DNA of 39,182 nt from assembly GCA_018725275.1 (NCBI GenBank), contig QLUC01000001.1, positions 1 to 39,182 on the forward strand, read 5' to 3'. A model generated the notes under the pieces. It saw only the letters and a list, made by a program, of their open reading frames with translations. It did not search any database and was not told the DNA's origin. The position numbers and the translations under genes are program-made. Shown here one piece after another: positions 36,812 through 39,182 of the stretch (position 1 is the stretch's first letter; each line of letters starts with the position of its first letter). The stretch is from Bacillota bacterium (lineage in GTDB: Bacteria; Bacillota; UBA994).

Positions 36812-38911
36812 ATGAAAGAGTATTCGATATCAGTTGCGGGTCGCACCATGACTTTAGAGACTGGTCGTCTGGCTAAACAAGCCAACGGTGCCGTCTTAGT
36901 TAGTTACGGTCAGACGTCTGTGCTTGTGACAGCAACCATGTCTAGGAATGTTAGAGAAGGCATCGATTTTTTCCCTCTCTTGGTAGATTACGAGGAGAGA
37001 TTGTACGCGGTGGGTCGTATCCCCGGTGGGTTTTTACGGAGAGAAGGGCGGCCCGGAGAAAAGGCGACTTTGGCAGCGAGACTTATTGATCGCCCCTTGC
37101 GGCCCTTATTCCCGGATGGATTTCGCTTTGATGTTCAAGTTGTAGCCACTGTTTTATCTGTTGACCAGAACAACCCCCCAGAAATTGCCGCCATGGTGGG
37201 CGCTTCCGCGGCCCTTTCAATTTCAAATATCCCCTTTTCCGGCCCAATAGCGGGCGTTAGTGTTGGTTTGGTCAATGGAGAGTACATAGTAAACCCGACT
37301 ATTGAAGAGGCCAAGCGAAGCTCCATTAACTTAGTGGTCGCGGGGACGAAAGATGCCATCATGATGGTTGAGGCTGGCGCCCTAGAAGTTAGCGAGGCCG
37401 AAATGATCGAAGCCATCATGTTCGGGCACGAAGAAATCAAGCGGATCGTAGCATTGATTGAGCTCATGCAGGCGGAACTTGGCATTCCTAAGATCACTGT
37501 CCCCCTCGTCGTAACTCCTACCGCAATCCGGGCCGCTGTGGAAGAATATGCTCTACTTCCTCTGCAAACGGTCGTCAAAAACCCTGACAAATTGGCGCGT
37601 GAAGAAAGCATTGCGGCGGTGATGGCCGATGCCCAGCTTAAATTTAGTGAAGTGTTTCCCGGTCAGGGCAAACTAGTTAATGGGTTGCTGCAGGACTTGC
37701 TCAAGAGTGTGGTGCGTGAGCAGATCTTGGTGCAAAAAATGAGACCCGACGGCAGGGCCCCGAGCGAGATTCGTCCGATTACCTGCGAAGTTGGCGTATT
37801 AGCCCGCACTCACGGTTCGGGGCTGTTTACGCGTGGACAAACCCAGGTGCTTTCTGTGGTCACTTTAGGATCTAGAGCAGACATTCAGATCATCGACGAC
37901 CTCGGCCTGGATGAATCGAAGCGCTACCTGCATCACTACAATTTCCCTGCCTATAGCGTTGGCGAGGTGCGACCCCAGCGGGGGACATCCCGTAGGGACA
38001 TCGGTCACGGCGCTTTGGCCGAGCGAGCCCTGTTGCCAATGATTCCTTCCGAAGAAGAGTTTCCCTATACCATTCGCGTGGTGAGTGAGGTGCTAGAGTC
38101 AAATGGCTCTACTTCTCAAGCGAGCGTTTGTGGGAGCACTTTGGCACTCATGGAAGCTGGAGTGCCCATCAAAGCGCCTGTCGCCGGCATAGCTATGGGT
38201 CTCATTACAGACGGCAAGATCCATGTTGTCCTGTCCGACATCCAAGGCATGGAGGATCACCTCGGTGACATGGACTTCAAGGTTGCGGGAACCGCTAAGG
38301 GCATCACCGCACTGCAGATGGACGTGAAAGTGGCGGGTCTTGATCACGACGTTTTGCAGGAGTCCCTGGCCCAAGCGCACATCGGTCGCTTGCATATTCT
38401 GCACAAGATGCTAGAGGCCATCAATTCCCCCCGCGAGGAACTGTCCCCCTATGCCCCGCGCATGTTTACCATAACCATACCTGTGGACAAAATCAAAGAT
38501 GTCATCGGCCCCGGTGGTAAGATGATCAACAAGATTATCGCCGAGACCAATGTGAAAATTGATATTGAAGACGATGGTAGAGTGTTCATCTCCGCTATCG
38601 ATGCGGCACAGGGACAGAAGGCTAGGCGGATCATTGAAGACCTCACCCGAGAAATGACCATCGGTGAAGTGTATACGGGGCGCGTTACCAGAGTAGAGAA
38701 GTATGGCGCATTTGTGGAGCTCATGCCAGGTAAGGAAGCACTGGTTCACATTTCGCAACTGGATCATGCCCGTGTAGCCAGGACTGAAGATGTGGTCAAC
38801 ATTGGCGATGAAATACAGGTGAAGGTAATTGGCGTAGACCGCATGGGTCGCATTGATGCCTCCCGTAAGGAAGCGTTGTCTTCTCAGCCTAGCGGCGGCG
38901 CATCAAGCTAA
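36812..38911 (+). CDS. pnp: Polyribonucleotide nucleotidyltransferase (PNPase)
   Basis: 699 aa with two RNase PH domains, a KH domain ([15 protein letters not shown]) and an S1 domain ([20 protein letters not shown]). RBS GAGGAGG lies upstream. Confidence 0.97.
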   Translation: MKEYSISVAGRTMTLETGRLAKQANGAVLVSYGQTSVLVTATMSRNVREGIDFFPLLVDYEERLYAVGRIPGGFLRREGRPGEKATLAARLIDRPLRPLFPDGFRFDVQVVATVLSVDQNNPPEIAAMVGASAALSISNIPFSGPIAGVSVGLVNGEYIVNPTIEEAKRSSINLVVAGTKDAIMMVEAGALEVSEAEMIEAIMFGHEEIKRIVALIELMQAELGIPKITVPLVVTPTAIRAAVEEYALLPLQTVVKNPDKLAREESIAAVMADAQLKFSEVFPGQGKLVNGLLQDLLKSVVREQILVQKMRPDGRAPSEIRPITCEVGVLARTHGSGLFTRGQTQVLSVVTLGSRADIQIIDDLGLDESKRYLHHYNFPAYSVGEVRPQRGTSRRDIGHGALAERALLPMIPSEEEFPYTIRVVSEVLESNGSTSQASVCGSTLALMEAGVPIKAPVAGIAMGLITDGKIHVVLSDIQGMEDHLGDMDFKVAGTAKGITALQMDVKVAGLDHDVLQESLAQAHIGRLHILHKMLEAINSPREELSPYAPRMFTITIPVDKIKDVIGPGGKMINKIIAETNVKIDIEDDGRVFISAIDAAQGQKARRIIEDLTREMTIGEVYTGRVTRVEKYGAFVELMPGKEALVHISQLDHARVARTEDVVNIGDEIQVKVIGVDRMGRIDASRKEALSSQPSGGASS

Positions 38912-38925
38912 GACTAGAGGTAGGG

Positions 38926-38958
38926 GAGCGTTGCTGGGCAATGCTCTTTGTTTTTTTT
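38926..38958 (+). terminator. Rho-independent terminator after pnp
   Basis: GAGCGTTGC (38926-34) pairs with GCAATGCTC (38938-46), giving 9 bp with one G-U pair and a 3-nt loop. It is followed by TTTGTTTTTTTT. Confidence 0.8.
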
Positions 38959-39002
38959 GCTCCTCCCTCATATACTCTACTATGATGTAGGGGGGGATCG
39001 AC

Positions 39003-39179
39003 ATGAATAGCAACCGAGTCTTACCAATCGTGGTGTTGGTCTTGTCGCTAGTAATCAATTTCTTGCGGCCGAGTATGGTTACGGACTTGCCCCGTGTAGC
39101 ACATGGGGTGACCCTACGTAATCGACATCGCGGTTTCGTTGGGATACCAGACGGTGCTTTGCAGTCTCGATACGGCTGA
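39003..39179 (+). CDS. Possible small (58 aa) membrane-anchored protein, function unknown
   Basis: ATG 39003 follows a G-rich RBS (38991-38997). The predicted sequence is MNSNRVLPIVVLVLSLVINFL..., with an in-frame TGA at 39177-39179. It is below the ORF-track length cutoff. A possible promoter is TTGCTC(38957-62)-18 nt-TATGAT(38981-86). It has no recognisable family and may be the N-terminal remnant of a larger gene. Confidence 0.25.
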   Translation: MNSNRVLPIVVLVLSLVINFLRPSMVTDLPRVAHGVTLRNRHRGFVGIPDGALQSRYG

Positions 39180-39182
39180 TTG

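Noticed and set aside
1-39182. CRISPR arrays, tandem or long inverted repeats, tRNA/rRNA genes, toxin-antitoxin or defence islands
   Set aside because: Visual scanning found no periodic repeats, cloverleaf-like segments or non-core gene clusters. Intergenic space is minimal apart from 12767-13310. A computational repeat and ncRNA scan would still be needed to exclude small elements.

Overview
All supported genes in this 39.2 kb window lie on the + strand. It reads as a conserved Bacillota (Firmicutes) core-chromosome region, moderately GC-rich by eye. It has three parts. (1) The distal end of a large flagellar/chemotaxis operon: fliR (5'-truncated), flhB, flhA, flhF, flhG, a PilZ gene, sigD/fliA, a small membrane/HTH gene, two rod genes, cheD, cheR, cheC, cheY, fliM and fliY. 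(2) After a short junction holding a decayed NlpC/P60 gene: dprA, topA, trmFO, xerC and codY. (3) The classic rpsB-to-pnp housekeeping string: rpsB, tsf, pyrH, frr, uppS, cdsA, dxr, rseP, ispG, [GT2, MgtC], rimP, nusA, ylxR, ylxQ, infB, ylxP, rbfA, nrnA, truB, ribF, rpsO and pnp. Calls rest on family motifs read directly in the translations, on RBS and start-codon context, and on Bacillus/Clostridia-like synteny. I found no rRNA, tRNA, CRISPR array, IS element or prophage. Many genes use GTG or TTG starts and overlap their neighbours by 4 nt, so several ORF-track entries carry false N-terminal extensions; I trimmed these. I do not see a convincing novel multi-gene system. The most unusual items are: the NlpC/P60 pseudogene at the fla/che-dprA junction; an uncharacterised TM/coiled-coil/HTH protein just after sigD; a translationally coupled GT2-MgtC pair where proS/polC usually sit; candidate regulatory leaders upstream of rimP-nusA, rpsB and rpsO; and a block order that differs from B. 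subtilis, including no hslVU between xerC and codY. Promoter, terminator and leader calls come from visual motif and stem inspection only and need computation or experiment.
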